Shown: positions 41,771 through 55,354, counted from the stretch's first letter. The stretch: DNA of 64,000 nt from Tubulanus polymorphus (GCF_964204645.1 NC_134028.1:26780345-26844344); one strand, 5' to 3'. Notes: generated by a model not told the origin, from the letters alone. Translations and numbers: made by a program.

Positions 41771-41841
41771 CAGGGAACATATATACAAGGGGTATTTATC
41801 ATACGTCCTCAGTATTTTGAGTAAATACACGGGATATTTAC

Positions 41842-42241
41842 TACGGAAGCCCCTAGATGACATACAAGATGATTTTTTCACAATTTCGACTTGTCAGGTC
41901 GAATTTCGAGTTTTCTTTTCATGTCGAATTTCGACTTAATTATGACGCATTTTGTGTTATTTTCATGTAGACTTATTATCTCGAAGTTCGACATAAAAAT
42001 AACTCGAATTTCGCCAAATTAACTCGATTTTCGACATAAAAATAACTCGAATTTCGCCAAATTAACTCGCTTTTCGACATAAAAATAACTCGAATTTCGC
42101 CAAATTAACTCGATTTTCGACATAAAAATAACTCGAATTTCGACATGATTAACTCGAAATTCGACTTATTATGTCGAATTTCGAGATAATAAGTCGAAGT
42201 AGTAAAAAAAATATCTCGTATGTCACCTAGGGGCTTCCGTA
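41842..42241. mobile_element. Non-autonomous TIR DNA transposon with TAC..GTA termini (IS3EU-like) and an internal 43-bp tandem array
   Basis: TIRs TACGGAAGCCCCTAGATGACATAC / GTATGTCACCTAGGGGCTTCCGTA, extending imperfectly inward. Flanks ATTTAC and ATTTAT (5 of 6 match). 43-bp units start at 41989, 42032, 42075, 42118. Confidence 0.8.
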
Positions 42242-43387
42242 ATTTATAGTAGGTCTACAGTCAAACTACACTTTTTCTCAATGGCACAGATGCCATTCGG
42301 GCACCTAGATGGCGCTGATGTGGTGTATACCGGGTATTCCCTCATCTACATTACGAAGGTAAGTGACGTCATCGGGAATCCCAGCTTTATGAATGGTGGC
42401 ACGGGAGTCACGAGTAGCGTGATCGAGTGGCTGGAACCTACATATGAAGACTGGTTCATCGCACTTTTAAAAAAGTATAATGTGAATAAGTAAAAGGTTA
42501 AATTTCAATTTAATTCTAAATTCATAGATATAGTTTTCACAATACATGCGTTAGATTTTAGACACATTACATAGTGGTGCATCGATAATTTCAGAATTTA
42601 CGTAAATCACAAACAAACGTGGCAATTGAAATTTTGAAATTTCAGCAGGTTTTAACAAAATCTAATAAAATCCGTGCTACCGGTAAATTGCGACTGTATA
42701 GCGGCATGTGCAACACCCACCACAAGACTTAATGACGTACAAACAGTTAACACTAATCTCCACATTTCGCGAACGAATTACGTAAATGTCGTGAACAGTT
42801 GTACAGCTTTAGAACGAGAATCTGCGGAAACGTCCATGGGGCCATAACAATAAATGCCGAACAATAACTAATATAAAGGCGATGGGAACCACGATTCATG
42901 TGATAGATTTATCGATATACAACCGTCAGAAACGGCACACTTCACAGCGTTATCTAATCCTGACCGTTTTATACACGACCTCTGGTGACGATCAATTCTT
43001 ATTACGGCGTATTATTGTCATAAGAAGTGCGGGCAGTCATTTGTTATAATTATAGGAATATAGCAGGAATGAGCTGTTTGTGTGACGGTGGTAACGAGAT
43101 AATGTTTCACGGCTCAGGGCAACTTACATCCACCAAACCGGAAAATACAACAATTTTAAATTTCTGTCCACTGTTGAAGCGATAAAGTAAAACATCTATA
43201 ACCATGAACTTCACTGATGAAAAAGAGTGATTTGGAAAACTCATTTCTTTAAAATGTCAAATATCGGCGAGTTATGAATAAATCTGACATTTTATCCTGT
43301 GCACATTGGACATTACATATTATACATATGATAGTTTTTGAAAATGATTTATGAGGAAATTTGCATCCCGTCGCTCTGAAACTGAAG

Positions 43388-43423
43388 GCTGCTGCTGCTG
43401 CCGCCGCTGCTGCTGCTGCTGCT
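43388..43423. repeat. (GCT)n microsatellite with a GCC interruption
   Basis: Seen directly. Confidence 0.9.
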
Positions 43424-43687
43424 GTTCTGAAGACGTTGAAGTATAAAGAGATAATATACCACTCTAATAGATTGAAGTCAAGTCAGACACATTTTATCTT
43501 AGATTGAATCATGCACCAAAACCCGAAAGATGCTCTATATATGCATGGACGTATAAACTAGAACTTATTGTTCGTGTGTTTGAAAATTGTTTACAATTTT
43601 TCCCGATGATTAATTAGTTTTTTTGTCGCCTGTGTTTGATCCCGATGGAAATTTGATTGGTGTTGGGCTGGTTATGAAAACAACAAC

Positions 43688-43842
43688 GGCGAACTTGGGT
43701 TATCGGAGTTAGTCGACTATAGTCGAACTAAGTGAAACCGTCAGTCAGTTGGAACTTTAGTCCGGAAATAGTTTGGAAATTAAGCGCATTCGGTTATTAG
43801 TTCCGTCCACTAGTCGACTAGATACGAAAACTGAATTTGGCG
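43688..43842 (+). mobile_element. Dispersed palindromic repeat (MITE-like)
   Basis: Near reverse complement of 54284-54432 over about 150 bp; imperfect inverted ends; weaker relative near 50825-50975. Confidence 0.7.
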
Positions 43843-45393
43843 CAGGTTGTGTAAGTTTACCTTGTGTGAAGTCAAGGTCATCATAAGCCTTCTCTTACAA
43901 GGCGATTTTGTAACTCAGTGACGCTTTATTAGTCATGCGTAGATTGTGTTTTCTCATTTTGAAAATTTTCTACGTGAACAAACTAAATTTAAATTGGACT
44001 AAGGTCAGTCGTTGTAAACGATTTAAGCGAACATTGGATTTAGTCATGAAATTCATGAACTATTTTGGAAATGGTCTTTAGATTTTATTCATCATTAACA
44101 AAATAAGAACCGCGGAGAGAGGATTATCAATGTATGTTAATTTTTAAATGTCTTGTCGTAAACATGTTTCCATTTTCTCAGACAGTTCGCCGCATCTACA
44201 TCACATTGGCATAGCGCTTCTGTGCACGATGACATCCACAATGTCGGATCTGTTGGATAGAAAAAATAACACTTACCTTAAACCAATTAGTTTCGAATAT
44301 CTTATTGCTTGCTCAAAATGTATCATACAGACAATTGGAATCTATGTCCTATGGTTAACTCTACATGTTCCGTGTTTCGCAGTGTCGTGCGCGATGGGAA
44401 CTTATTAGCAACTTGACCCAGGTGCTTAACCAGTGTTGTTAACTGACAAAGTAATTGTTAAAACCGTAGCTTTGCAAACGTCCCAATTTTTCATCCAATG
44501 GACAATTTTGACAATCTTCATAAGATCTGGTACCCGGGGAACGGGGCCCCATACATATCAACAAAAAACAATACATATGGATGTAATTTTGAAGCAAGTG
44601 TGAAGATTAGTTGTCTTATCTGTGAAACAGCCCCCCTTGAGAAAGTCATTGAATTCAACTTACAGCATTTGAATTGTTTCGCAGCCACGCGTCGATAATT
44701 GTACGTCACCCATAACAATAAATTATTTTTGCACTTCGATTTTTCCAGTTCTGCCCAACAATTATCGTGATCCCGGCAACAACTGAATATACGAAGTGTA
44801 GTCTAAACACAGCTTTACGTTAAATTAACGGTTATACAGGTGGCCTATACCAATCTATTAGCATCATTAGCATTGAATTTATCATACCTGATACCACTAA
44901 ATTACCGATCGATGTCGCTTTTAATCAACGACGATTCACAAATGAATGAACTGATGAAATTTGGGTCACGCTGTGGAACAAAATGTCTAAGTTTACCTAT
45001 CTATTTGATCTTCGACCTCTCCACTTCCACCTATTCCACACCAGTTTCCATAATCAACGAACAAGAATGGATTCATTCCTGTAGTTTTCCGAACTAAATC
45101 GGCGAATTGCGCGATATCTTGATGGCTTCGTTTCAGTTCTAAAACAATGAATTCAGTATGAGAACATCCACATGTCCTTTAGAACCCTGGCTCTCGGGAA
45201 TTTCACTACTCCTCCAGGAATATTTATCACTATACAGAATAGGCTCATTTCTAGTTACTTTTTTATGTATTACAAATTCACGTGATTTGTAGTAAACAGT
45301 TTCTGCGTTACATCAACGATTAATTCTAATTTTCACTCAGAGTTTGCTGCATCACATACACTGAGCATAATTGCTTTAAGATAAAACCTCATC

Positions 45394-45576
45394 GGCCCGG
45401 TTCAATCCACAGTTGTGAGTTGGAGCTCCACGGGCAAACATATCATTCAGATGATTGTTCGTAGTTTAATGTTGAAATTAGGTTCATTTCCAATGTTTGA
45501 ACTCCGAGTCAAATTAAAAATCGAGCCAAGTGAAACAGTTAACTACTCACAACTGTGGAACCGTGGAACTGGGTCC
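45394..45576. mobile_element. Copy of the same MITE family
   Basis: GGCCCGGTT..CCACAGTTGTGAGT ... ACTCACAACTGTGG..AACTGGGTCC inverted ends. Confidence 0.7.
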
Positions 45577-46422
45577 AGGCAACTAAAATGCACTTTAATT
45601 AATCATTGCTTCGTCAACACTGTGTCAACATCTACAGGTTACCTTTAACTTAAACCTTTGACCAGCGCGTTGGTCCAGACAGAACTACGAAAATGCCTAT
45701 TTAAGATAACTTACCTAAAATAAACAATACGACGAATAAGATTTTCATAGTTGTCCTTAAACTTGATTCGAATATGGTAAAGAGGCGAGCACACAGAATG
45801 CGTATGAGTTTCAATTGACCGAGGAATGCGCGTGTTTACCTCAGCTTACAGCGCACGTGTCCATTTTCAATCACTGCGATTAAACGATTTCCTTTCAGTC
45901 GATATAATTTCGGGAGAGTTTACTGAATTCGAATGATTCCTGGGAATCTGCTTTTAACTGTTTAAGCTTTATTGATACGTTTTTCTAGCATTCGCTACAG
46001 TTCGCGAACACCTGGTGTGTTGCAGTTCAATATTTATTCAACGTTTCAAATTGAATTGAGAATTATTCTGCATAGATTCCTGCAATACTTACTCTTACTC
46101 ATCGAGGAATATGAACAGGCACCATCTGGGGAACTCGATAGCAATTACTTTCCATGATAATATATAAAAAGATGCTGTCACACTTCAATATAATTAGACA
46201 GAAAATGTTCGTTTAATAATCTTTGTGAACTCGTGTCCGTAACATTCTTCATGTATAGACGATCAATGATAAGTCTAGAAATCAAAGGGTAAAATTAGGT
46301 TTATACAACTCAAAGAACTTAAAAAAAATTCGACGAACACAATGGAATATCAAACAGCTTAGAAATATTGACACTATGTTGAGATATCGACATATTATTC
46401 TGATAAATACTGAGAGAATACT

Positions 46423-46502
46423 ACATCCCCTCCCCGTCAGGGATTCGAACCTGATGGCATCGCTACACCCAGCCACGGCTCGAAACCCCGCCACACTAGA
46501 CC
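46423..46502 (-). mobile_element. tRNA-derived SINE-like head
   Basis: Minus strand GGTCTAGTGTGGCGGGGTTTCGAGCCGTGGC...GATGCCATCAGGTTCGAATCCCTG. Weaker copies near 8930-8985 (+), 25929-25950 (-) and 53468-53490 (-). Confidence 0.65.
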
Positions 46503-49500
46503 CTAGCTTATAATCGGTCTAGAAGGGTCTGAAAAAAAGTGTTTATATTCAGGGCAACGTCATGGACCTAAACGAGGTTTCGCTAGGGATAACACTAATC
46601 GATTAACTCTAGGGTAAGACGATTATAGACTAACTTTAGGTTATGTTTAGTCTAGAGCTGGTCACCTCATGTAAACAATCAGGGTTTAATTGTACAGTCG
46701 TAATTAATGTCAAAAATTATTTTGGCCTCAATTCTAAGACTGTCAAGTCAATTCTTAAAACTGGGTCGTTATAGAAATAAGTTGGTGTTGGATTGGTCTT
46801 TAATTTAAGCCATGGTTGTGCAACTGGCTCCAAAACGGATATAAACGAGTAACGTTGATCAATAATTCGACACCAGCGTCATTGAAATACACGACCCTAA
46901 AATACAGTCGAATACAATATGGACGTAACGTATGAATTGCTACAGAAATTTCATATTGAAAATTTTATCTCTGATTTGTTTAAACGTCGATATTAAAAGA
47001 GTTGTCAGCAGTCACTAGATTGTTTACTCCTCTGACTAAAGTGACTCCAATTTATATTTGTCGATCAAATAGATTTTCTGTTCTGATGAATATTCACCAC
47101 ATGGTTTATTAACTACATGTCAATGTAGACCCGGTCCCGCAAAACCAAACTCAAAATGTACCTAGTTTTATTAATGATAATCATTTATAGACCTATTCAT
47201 TCCGGGGCGTAGGTTAGGTCTCTCGAAATGAGTCATTGTTTGTTAAATTGTCTTCTATGAATCGCTCTTTTCTAATCATTTTAGATCAAGTATTTGATTT
47301 TTATTCATGAACAAAAAAAAATGTCAAACGTGCAACGACTGAAGTGATATCTGCGAACACAATAGATATTTCAGCGGCCAATTTGAATTGATAAAATCAC
47401 AATTGATTAAAAGTCAGCTGATGACGATCTACAGAAATTCAATAAACTCAGTTGAAGTTAGGGTAGTGAAACGAAGCGACCGACCTGATACGTAGTGAGT
47501 GCTCGGCAGCCTGTCGGATGGTCGTTTTTCTTTTATTTCAAAAATAATTCACTTCTCTCGCGTCTTCGGGAAAGAAACGACCATCAGATTGTGACACCCA
47601 ATCTTTGAATTGTCTATCAACTCTATATCATCTTGTCGTTTCTTCTATCGAACTTTTACCGCGACCAACAATAAATAATGTAAATTACATGAAACAATGC
47701 CCTTAAATATATAGTTCATTCTATATATCAGATAAACTTGATGAGGCTTAATGGATATATCAGGCGTACATGATATATAAAATGAACTATGTACAGAAAG
47801 ACATCATTAAGAGACTGAATTAACAGCAAAATCGATCGTAAAACTGAAAACATATTCACTTTTATTCGACGATGAAGTTTTTTAATTGTTGCGATTCGAT
47901 TCTGCTGTGGTTTCACAAATCGTTCGACTCTTTATCGCAAGTCGATAAAACGTGCTCGCTCTTAAGAGGTGGTAAATTAACCAGCTCGGATACTGCGATG
48001 TAAGATGTGACTTGCTTGACCATTTTGTCCGGTCAAGGTCGGTTGATTAGATATAAAGGCTCAGAGAAGAAATCTTCAAACTTATTGCGTGAACACGAAA
48101 AGAAATTCATCATTTTTTCTCTGAAGCGACAGGAATAGAGCCGTTAGTATTGATTACTGCCCAATCGGTCACAACGACCAAACAGCGAGAATGGAGAATG
48201 TGAACTAAAAGCCTCAGGCTCGGTCGATATGCCACACTAAAGGAGAGGCCACAAAGCCGCGATTGTCTCTAGTGACATTTCATATATACATAGCTCCCAC
48301 TTATCTTCATTTGTTAAAACGACCAGGCACCGAGAGAGCGCGAGTAGTTTCTGACAATCCAATAAATTACTCCGTTCGAAAGTATCTAACAAATGTCATT
48401 TTTGCGCCGAGATCTACAGATGCGAGTATGTTTGCATCGGGGGCAAAAATTCCTCGAGTAGCTTCACGCGGTGACAGTAAGATGACCATCGCGCCTAACC
48501 CCCGGGGGTTCATTCTTCAGAACTACTTATCCGACATGTATAGAATCGATGGATTTATATATTCAAGATGGTTTTCCTGACCCAGACGCGTCGCCCGTTC
48601 AGACATCGTAAATCGAACGGTTAATGATGAAAATTCCACTTCGCTTGATAATCATAGATTGAGGGTAGAAATGTACCGTGACGTCACACTCGTCTGGTAG
48701 ATCAGACGGCAGATGACCCAGTTCCAAAGTGTTCTGTTAAGATTGATCTTATTGAGTTAAATCGCTGAAAACATGTGGATAATTGAACTACGAGTTGTTT
48801 AAAGGGAACAGATGCCGCAAAATGCCGAGAATTGGCAACGGCTTAACTCGCTCACATAGAATAAGTTCAAAACACATAGAATAAGTTCAAAACTAACTGT
48901 AAACAGAATTCAAAAGATTGAAAACGAATTTTTTCTATCAAGAATTAAAATCAAAATACTCTTTAGAATAAGATTTTAATTCTTGATTGATATTAACTTA
49001 TTATCTGTTCTAAGTCATAGCGCGGCTATTCTTCCCTCATACAAACATTCCACGCTAGGCCTATGAGACACGTCAGTGAGGTGCATGTAGTCACTTTCAT
49101 CAGCTAATTGTAAAACTTCTGATGTTTGCTGTTGATAGTCACAGCGGTTTCAAACAGTTGTTCACTCAGTCTCCATTATCAGTACCTGTTTGGTAAGGTG
49201 TGGGAACATAATGAACAGCGGATGTGACAGCTGAACGGCTATCAGTAAAAATGATCGGGTAGACCTTCAACAGCTTCATATGAATGAAATAAGCTGTAAG
49301 TTGTATCTACGACTCGTGCCAACAGCAACATAAATCAACAGCTTACAAATCATGATCAAGTTCAATAGTTCTCAGTTAAAATTGCGTTTTCAATGCTTAA
49401 CTTACTGGCAAATAATAAACACTGTGACAACTTATTCCCGTATTTCAATGGAACGCGGACTGTAATCGGCTGTCTCAATATTTGAATTTGTCCCAGCTAA

Positions 49501-52500
49501 ATTGAAAATGTTTTCGACGTGACAAATGCTTTTCATAATGGCGGTAATTCTTCTCCGGATAAGTTAAAGTCAAATTTGCTGCCCTCATTTCACTCCGATA
49601 CGCCTCCTTGTGAAAACAAAGAAAATAAAAAAACACCCCTAACGACGAATGATTTCTATTTTTAATGTCAATATGATTTTTCCCCTGGGACGTGGGATCG
49701 GTCGTCGAGTATTTAATGAAGATATACGATCTATTATGGTTTGAACGGTGATAAATCTGCGCAACCCACGACGAAACGAACCCCGCCCTATTTCATGCAA
49801 ACTATCGCTTAAATCCGTCTCATTTTTTGTCAAACGCATATCGAATTTTTACTATTTCGTTCATTCGGTTTCGGTTACGAGGAGTGGAAACTGTGTGTTG
49901 TGTATATCTCGTTCATCACGAAACATCTGAATTATGTATAAGTTTAAAAATACACTTACGCAGCGTGTCGTTGTCGAGACTCAGTACAGATGTTGAATAA
50001 AGCACTCAATCATTTCACTATTCATACATCATATTATTATTTATGCGGTGGTTTTTCTATCGGGGAAAGAATCTTTTGCTGCGAAAGTTTCTCATGAATA
50101 AAAGACATTATTCGTTGTCGTTTAAGTCTTTACAGTCGAATTGCTTCCTCGTCCATGGATTGGTTTTCAAAATACGATCTTCGGAAAGAATGTAATCCAC
50201 GATCGAAAGCAGGAAATCTATGAAATTGGGAATATTTCATTAGCGGTATTGTAAAAAACTTGAGGTTCGTTTCGTCGTGGGGATTTTGACCTAGGAGCAT
50301 ATTTACTGGGGGAATTTTTTTCTCATTTTCAACTTTATCATAGAATCATTTAAATTCAGTTCTTCAGATCAATAATTAACCCTGATTTACGTCGGCAAAG
50401 ATTTTTATAAAACCAGCCTGCAGCGATCACGAGACCGTTTCAGCAGTTATGCAACGACAATTCGCAGCCATCTCGCGGTGGGATTTCTGTTTTAGATTAA
50501 GCTGTCATTGCGTCACACGACCCTCGCTTGCCGCAGGAGATAACGCGATAAACGGCTTGAAACTCGTCTACGAGAAGAAGAGAAGATTTCCTGATAATGA
50601 GACCCACTATAACAACTATCACACGGTGTCTGATTAACAACATATCGATTACTGCTGTGATTCTGACTGGTTTTGTCTGGATATCGAATCAAGACCGCGA
50701 AAAAGCGCACAGTTTTTATTTTATAGAAAAAGTACAAGAAATGCGCAATAATTCGCAGCTATTAGATGAACTTCGGTCATCGAAGTTTCCCGACATTTTG
50801 CGAACAAAGCGAAACCGCATGTCAAGTTAGTCGGAACTATGATCGACCGCGGTCGTTGTAGTTCAGCTCCACGATGGTCGCCACTGTGAAATGCGTTGCG
50901 ACCAGATTGGACTAAAGTGTGTTTGTATATTCGTCCCGACCACTATAGTCAACTAACTACAAAAACCGAAGTTCACCCCGTGAACCATTTTGATTTGTGC
51001 GCCGGAACTTTTCCAAATTAAAATGTTCAGTTTATACTATTCTTTGACCTCTGACATTAACAGCTGGATTTCGCTCTACGTACAGCACGTCGAAATAAGG
51101 GCTTAGGGCAGAGTACTATTGGAGGAAAAAAACGAAGGACTCCTTTACAAACGAACTCAACATTCCTAAATCCTTTTATTTGTTGACAAACTATTCATTA
51201 TCAGCGCCAATATATCTAGAGGCCGAACTGCAGCGCCTGGGAATATCGACAAAACCCACTTTAACGACACGGAACAAACATTACACATTCTGGTCATCAT
51301 TATTTTTTGCTCTCGTTGAAGATAGATCTCGAAGCGCGATGCGAAGGTTTGACCTTGGAAGGAAGAAAGAACGATTTGAACAAAACGCGACGAAAAATGG
51401 GGATCGTGTTTGTAGAGTGTCAATATCTATCGCTATCAACATCGTGTTCGCTTGACCGTCCGACTGTGCCTAGACTGACCTCCAGTCTAGTAGCACCAGC
51501 TGCGTGAAGAATCTGTCAGCAGATTCAGTGAATCCCTGTCAGTTGTTAGACCCGGGGGAGATTTTCTTTCTTACTAAAAACTGTGAAATGGGGATTCACC
51601 CTGGAGACTGGGACTCTGTGGAAAGCTAGGGTATAAAAGAAAGGTAGGGGATCCCTGGCACAACACAGTCGCATCGAATACCCCAAGTGGGTCCACCCTC
51701 CATGTTAGGCAGGTTTCGATTGGTCTTTATCGATTGCGGTTCCATAAACTTGATAAAAGTGGCTGTTATAGAGTTTGTATTGCTATCCTTTAAATACGTT
51801 CAATCCCAGTTGGCTCCGGATCACTGAAAATACTCTCTACGCCCGTCCCTGTGTTTCTACTGGCCACAACTTAAAGAAAGTTCCTTTATTAAAATCGTAT
51901 ATGATAAACGCGTCGATTATTTGATCGGGAGTAATGAGTCACGTGATTTGAGAAGTGCCCGGTACTCGAATCTACACAGTTTGCTATTGACATCTGTTAA
52001 ATGCATTAATCTCGATATATCGAATACGTGTAACTTAATATATCGATCCGATCGATCGATAGTGAAAATGAAACGATATGGATGATGTTTTCGAGAGGGA
52101 TCTGTCTATTTCACGTCAGTTGTGTAGTATCAGTATAATTCCGTCGGATCAGGTTAAAAACTTGACGTTAATTTGACGCGATCAATATCTAATCCGTGCC
52201 TTACACAAATCGACATATTTTAAACGTTTGGATAAAACTACCTACTATAGTTAGCCGGCTTCCATACGACTTCTCGATTTGTGTTTTTGTAGATAGTACA
52301 TTGACTTCTCGTTGGTAACGGTGCAGAGATACAATACAATAGATACAAATACCAGAGGTGAAATATACGATAGGTGTTAAATGGGGTAAACATGGAAAAG
52401 GAATTAAGTGAACATAAGAATTTATTCACATCGGACATCACGCTGTTGAACTATAAGACTGATTACTGGATACAACTGTTAGGGAAACAACATTAACCTT

Positions 52501-52630
52501 GTTGTGGTCTCAATAGACACAAACTTTTGAACTTTTCAGTTGATTTGTATACGTTTCGTTTGTCCGAGGATAATCGTCTACAACTCGACCCAGGGCCATG
52601 TTTCTACAATCCTTGATCAAGTTTGACTCA

Positions 52631-52680
52631 TCAATGTTTCAATGTTTCAATGTTTCAATGTTTCAATATTTTAATGTTTC
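52631..52680. repeat. 8-bp tandem repeat AATGTTTC, about 6 copies
   Basis: Seen directly. Confidence 0.85.
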
Positions 52681-52756
52681 TAGTATAGAGTATTGAAACC
52701 GAAAATACCGTGGAACTCGGAGATCATTACCAGGATCACATGGGCATTAAGACCCA

Positions 52757-52975
52757 GAGCAACTGTTCACACGGGTGCCAATTGATCCAGGATCAAACGA
52801 ACCAAATTTGGCCCGACCAAAATCCTCGGACTCACTTCGCTCTGTTTAAGCACATCGAGCGCGCGGTTTACGCGTGAATCGCGATTGTCTCTTATAAGGC
52901 ACGGGCCAAATTTGACATGGGCCTGATCCAAACCAATTTGGCCCGGGCCAAATCGTTTCCGTGTGATCGCGGCTC
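52757..52975. mobile_element. Degenerate Harbinger-like MITE
   Basis: Ends GAGCAACTGTTCACACGG / CCGTGTGATCGCGGCTC; internal CCAAATTTGGCCC motifs in both orientations. Confidence 0.45.
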
Positions 52976-54283
52976 ATGTATCGTGTTAGTATGTTGCGGG
53001 TATGCGTGTTATTCTGTTATTCTGAACAATAGGGAAACTAAGTAGCTAGCACAGTCGAGGACAACAGAAGGGATGTAAAAGCAATTACCGCGCATCAATC
53101 AGGACGATTCTTAGACCTCCAAAATAACAATCATCTGATCTCGTTGCTGATTGGTTGATCTAGGGCCCGTCTTCAGCTAGATATCGGTCAATGTCACGCG
53201 CGAGATTAACGCGTAACCGTTAGAAAGGACGGCTCCGATAATAACACACCCGGCTGTGACAGTCCAGACAGTTTTCTATCTCGTAAATCACGTCAGATGT
53301 CGTTTTCAACTCGGGATTATCGATTGATCGGCTGCGAGTTGTGTAAGTACATTGGCTGTTCAGTTTAACCCTTTCAGTTAGCACCCCCTTCTAGGAATCC
53401 AGGAAAACATATACCGAATATACGCGCTCCTTCCCCGAAGAGGCAGCTTTACGTTAAGTTTTTATGCCGGGACTCGAACCCCATCGCATAGAATGCTCTC
53501 CGGTGACAGCAAGCACCTACCAGGTGGTGCTACGGTAGATTTTGTAGGTGAGAAATGAAAGTCTTATGAAGTTTTGACAAGTTATGGTAAAACAAAAGGC
53601 AAAACGGCACCGAAAAGTGGAGACCAAGACAGTTTTCGTCATCTTCTGTGCAGTCTGAAGTACCAAGGGGACTTTCTTTGATTTCGTACCAACCGCATTT
53701 CTATGAAATATATCGTTCAAATAAATATCATCGTCATCATATCAAACAACTGTAGTTGGATCTGGCATTATTGAGGACAGCGTCTGCTACACGCGATGTC
53801 TACATCAACATAAATTATAATTAATAAAATTGACCATATGATTCCCCAATTTTATTAACATTATAATTAAATTAGGATTATATTCTAGACTCCAATTTTC
53901 GTTTTTTTACTTAGTGGGTTTCGTTATTCAACTCATTCCTGTTTTATGGAACACGTGTTTTATGTATACCGGTAGTTATTGTATTTACATGTTGAGATCA
54001 CGTGATAGCATGTCACATGTAGAAACAAAATGGCGGATCTGGTGTGAAAAAGAAATTAGCGTCTGCTTTTAGTGTCATGTTATTCTAATAAAGTCCACTT
54101 CCCGAGATTAGTGCATCGCAGCGCCTTCAGTTGAGACCTTCCAAGTGAGGCTCCGATGTTGCTTGCCTTGTACATTAATCCTCTCTCATCCGTCGACCAC
54201 AGACTGGTCGGGACTTTGGTTCCTGGCTGATGGTCGTGTCCGCCGGGTCAGAATCCTAGTTCCTCAGTAGGGGCCAGTTCAGT

Positions 54284-54432
54284 AATTCAGTTTTCGTATC
54301 TAGTCGACTAGTGGTCGGAACTAATAACCGAATGCGCTTTATTTCCGGACTATTTCCGGACTATGGTTCAGACATTCGGTTTCACTTAGTTCGACTATAG
54401 TCGCGACTTAGTCCGATAACCAAAATTCGCCC
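54284..54432 (-). mobile_element. Second copy of the 43688 repeat
   Basis: AATTCAGTTTTCGTATCTAGTCGACTAGTGG...CCGATAACCAAAATTCGCC matches the reverse complement of 43688-43838. Confidence 0.7.
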
Positions 54433-55054
54433 AGCGTACGTGGGTCACCAGTCAATTTCAGTCTCCTCGTGATGGAATGAAAATGTTTCGGAATTTTCTG
54501 CAAATTTTTCATGCCGAAACAACTGATTCCAGACAGCTCCGTGTAGGTTAGCTGTTTTTTCAATACTCTCAATTTCGGCACAATTTTTCCTATTACTCGT
54601 CGTAATAGTTACCGATATGAAATTGATTTATTTTCCTCTGGAAAAATGAAGCTTTCGCAGGCAAAACAGGTTCATTCCACAAGTTCGAATCCCGAGTATT
54701 GTCCACTGAAGTTCTCTCCGTCAAAGAAGGCTGAAAATCGAATCTTAGTCTTAGAAGTTTTCCTCAATGTCCAAGAGAAATGGGCCTACTGCTTTCAAGG
54801 GTTCGAATCCAGCCCCGAGTTGTCCTGTGTCCACTGACGAAGGCTGCGACATTGGGTCCGAATCAGGAATTAAAACACGATGTTCCCTTATTCCGTAGAG
54901 GAGCCTGGGGTATAAACCGGGTTTAGAATAATTATAACGAGACAAGTATAAGTATACAATATAGGTTTATTTGACGCACAAGCTTTCGCTACTAATCAGT
55001 ATTTATAGGCAGACTGACACTAATCAGAGAGAACCGAGTGAGAAGAGTAATTAC

Positions 55055-55182
55055 AAATACATATTACAATACATAATACAATACATGGTACAATACATAA
55101 TATAATACATGGTACAATACATAATACAATACATGTACAATACATAATACAATACATAATACAATACATATATTACAATAGA
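55055..55182. repeat. Degenerate AATAC/AATACAT microsatellite
   Basis: Seen directly. Confidence 0.85.
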
Positions 55183-55206
55183 TAAACTGGGATGCGCAAA
55201 AAGACA

Positions 55207-55354
55207 AAAATGGCGCGAGACTACTTCAAAATAAAATGGCGCGAGATTACCTCCAAATAAAATGGCGCGAGATTACCTCCAAATAAAATGGTGCGTGATG
55301 AGGCTTCAAAAGAAAATGGCGCGAGATGAGACTTCAAAATAAAATGGCGCGTGA
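55207..55354. repeat. 26-28-bp tandem repeat, 6 copies, each starting AAAATGGYGCG
   Basis: Units start at about 55207, 55233, 55259, 55285, 55313 and 55341. Confidence 0.9.

Noticed and set aside
46585-46600. TAGGGATAAC resembling an I-SceI site or mitochondrial 16S motif
   Set aside because: The match stops after 10-11 nt with no flanking similarity.
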